Source: an uncultured virus (IMG/VR IMGVR_UViG_3300020151_001403) (taxonomy: Duplodnaviria > Heunggongvirae > Uroviricota > Caudoviricetes). From it: a stretch of 20,000 nucleotides of DNA. The stretch is from IMG/VR virus record IMGVR_UViG_3300020151_001403; one strand, given 5' to 3'. The translations under genes and the position numbers were made by a program. The notes under the pieces were generated by a model, which was given only the letters and a program-made list of their open reading frames with translations, did not search any database and had not been told where the DNA came from. Below are positions 18,783 to 20,000 of this stretch, one piece after another (position 1 is the first letter of the stretch; every line of letters starts with the position of its first letter).

Positions 18783-19640
18783 ATGAATTTATACGATATC
18801 TCATTAGAGATGAGAGAGGTGTTCGAAGAGAAGAGAAAACAATTAGAGTTGTCCTTTATTGAAGAAGACCACATTTATTATATGAGAGACCTTAATGGTG
18901 AAATTAAAAGTAATTTCCCATCGGTTTCAAGACTTATATCAAAGTTCCACAAACACTTTGATTCAGAGGGTAAAGCATTACAAATGTGTAAGGGTGACCC
19001 TGAGGCAACAAAAGAATTGTTGGCGGAATGGAAACTTGCTGGTGATTTATCAACCAATATGGGTAGCCGTGTTCACTTTGAATTGGAAACTGATACCATA
19101 GGAAGATTCGGTAGTTATAAGGATGTGAGACAACCTATATTTGACATTAACGAAGAGCAACAACGTAAGAGTGATGCGATGATTGGTGCTGGTAAAGAGT
19201 TTCTTGATTTGATGTTAGAACGTGGTGCCGTGTTATTAGATACTGAGATGGTATTGGGTGACCCTGAAGAAGGATACACCGGACAACCCGATAAGGTATG
19301 GTTAATGATGAACAAACAAAAAACAGACTATGGTTTGGTTATCACTGATTGGAAGACAAATAAGCCAAAGAACTTTGAAGTTCAATATTATACAGGTAGA
19401 ATGTATCCACCATTTAACGATTACCATGATAACGCCTTAGGTCACTATTATTTACAACTACCACTATATGGTAGATTGATATTAAAAATGTTACAAGGTA
19501 CCAAATTTAATAATACAAAATTAATGGGAAGTGTTGTTGTTCTTTTAAAAGATAATAGTACATTTGAGGAATTCAGAGTACCAAAAGAAATAAGTGACAC
19601 AATACTAACTATGGATTTAAACAAATATTTGAAACGATGA
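18783..19640 (+). CDS. PD-(D/E)XK RecB-family exonuclease (285 aa)
   Basis: PSVS, GSRVH, E..L, GQPDK, ITDWKT and YYLQLPLY (QxxxY) motifs. Confidence 0.85.
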   Translation: MNLYDISLEMREVFEEKRKQLELSFIEEDHIYYMRDLNGEIKSNFPSVSRLISKFHKHFDSEGKALQMCKGDPEATKELLAEWKLAGDLSTNMGSRVHFELETDTIGRFGSYKDVRQPIFDINEEQQRKSDAMIGAGKEFLDLMLERGAVLLDTEMVLGDPEEGYTGQPDKVWLMMNKQKTDYGLVITDWKTNKPKNFEVQYYTGRMYPPFNDYHDNALGHYYLQLPLYGRLILKMLQGTKFNNTKLMGSVVVLLKDNSTFEEFRVPKEISDTILTMDLNKYLKR

Positions 19641-20000
19641 TAAAAAGAATTGTACACATTGCTGACATCCATATTAGGACTTATCAACATCACGAATTGT
19701 ATAAGAAACAATTTGAAACGTTATTGGAAGAAATAAAGAATAAATCTTTAGAATGGAAAGATGAAAATATATTGCACAACGAAATTAGAATTGTTATCGC
19801 TGGTGATATTTCGCATCAAAAAATTAATATTTCAAACGAACAACTAATGCTAACAAGTTGGTTCCTAAAACAATTGGGAGAGTTTGGTAGGGTTGTTATC
19901 ATACCGGGTAATCACGATTTCTTGGAGAATAACACACAACGTTTAGATAGTATCACACCAATTGTGGAACTATTATATGATGAACCAATTGTTTTAGGAA
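19637..20000 (+). CDS. Metallophosphoesterase, SbcD/Mre11/T4 gp47-like nuclease subunit (5' part; runs off the window)
   Basis: Not in the ORF track. ATG 19637 overlaps the upstream TGA (ATGA). Translates MIKRIVHIADIHIR...IVIAGDISH...IIPGNHDF, giving DxH, GD and GNHD motifs; open to 20000. Confidence 0.88.
   Translation, partial: MIKRIVHIADIHIRTYQHHELYKKQFETLLEEIKNKSLEWKDENILHNEIRIVIAGDISHQKINISNEQLMLTSWFLKQLGEFGRVVIIPGNHDFLENNTQRLDSITPIVELLYDEPIVLG

Noticed and set aside
18783..19640. Cas4 as part of a CRISPR-Cas system
   Set aside because: It lacks the four-Cys Fe-S cluster (only one Cys), there are no cas genes or array nearby, and the context is phage replication.
854..19640. Stop-codon reassignment (alternative genetic code), as seen in some large Bacteroidota phages
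   Set aside because: Genes are long and uninterrupted in code 11. TAG (856, 17684) and TGA (19640) end genes at sensible boundaries.
7146..19711. Other short nested or antisense ORFs (7146, 8971, 10221, 12441, 12568, 13266, 13569, 15454, 17066, 18486, 18895, 19115, 19448)
   Set aside because: All overlap longer, well-supported + strand genes and have no recognisable motifs.

Overview
AT-rich, densely coding, entirely + strand segment of a large tailed-phage genome. The host is probably Bacteroidota (inferred: no Shine-Dalgarno motifs; SprB-like, DUF5977-like and cadherin domains; a -33/-7-like promoter). Bases 17-17030 are a virion/tail module. It holds two giant adhesin-like proteins with Pro/Thr repeats and PKD, cadherin, Calx-beta and SprB-like domains, several hypothetical structural proteins, a P2 gpI/T4 gp7-like baseplate wedge protein and a gpH/DUF3751-like protein. 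Bases 17070-20000 are a replication/recombination module: RuvC-like resolvase, DNA primase, PD-(D/E)XK exonuclease and a partial SbcD/Mre11-like phosphoesterase. Highlights: (1) a [ST]-G-x-T tetrapeptide occurs about 63 times in the structural proteins and never in the replication proteins, a candidate virion-protein modification sequon; (2) a candidate ~70-nt structured RNA with its own promoter motif and terminator lies between the resolvase and primase genes; (3) the adhesin cassette is built from domains joined by codon-aligned PT repeats and may interrupt an ancestral structural gene. All family assignments come from motif recognition by eye, not database searches.
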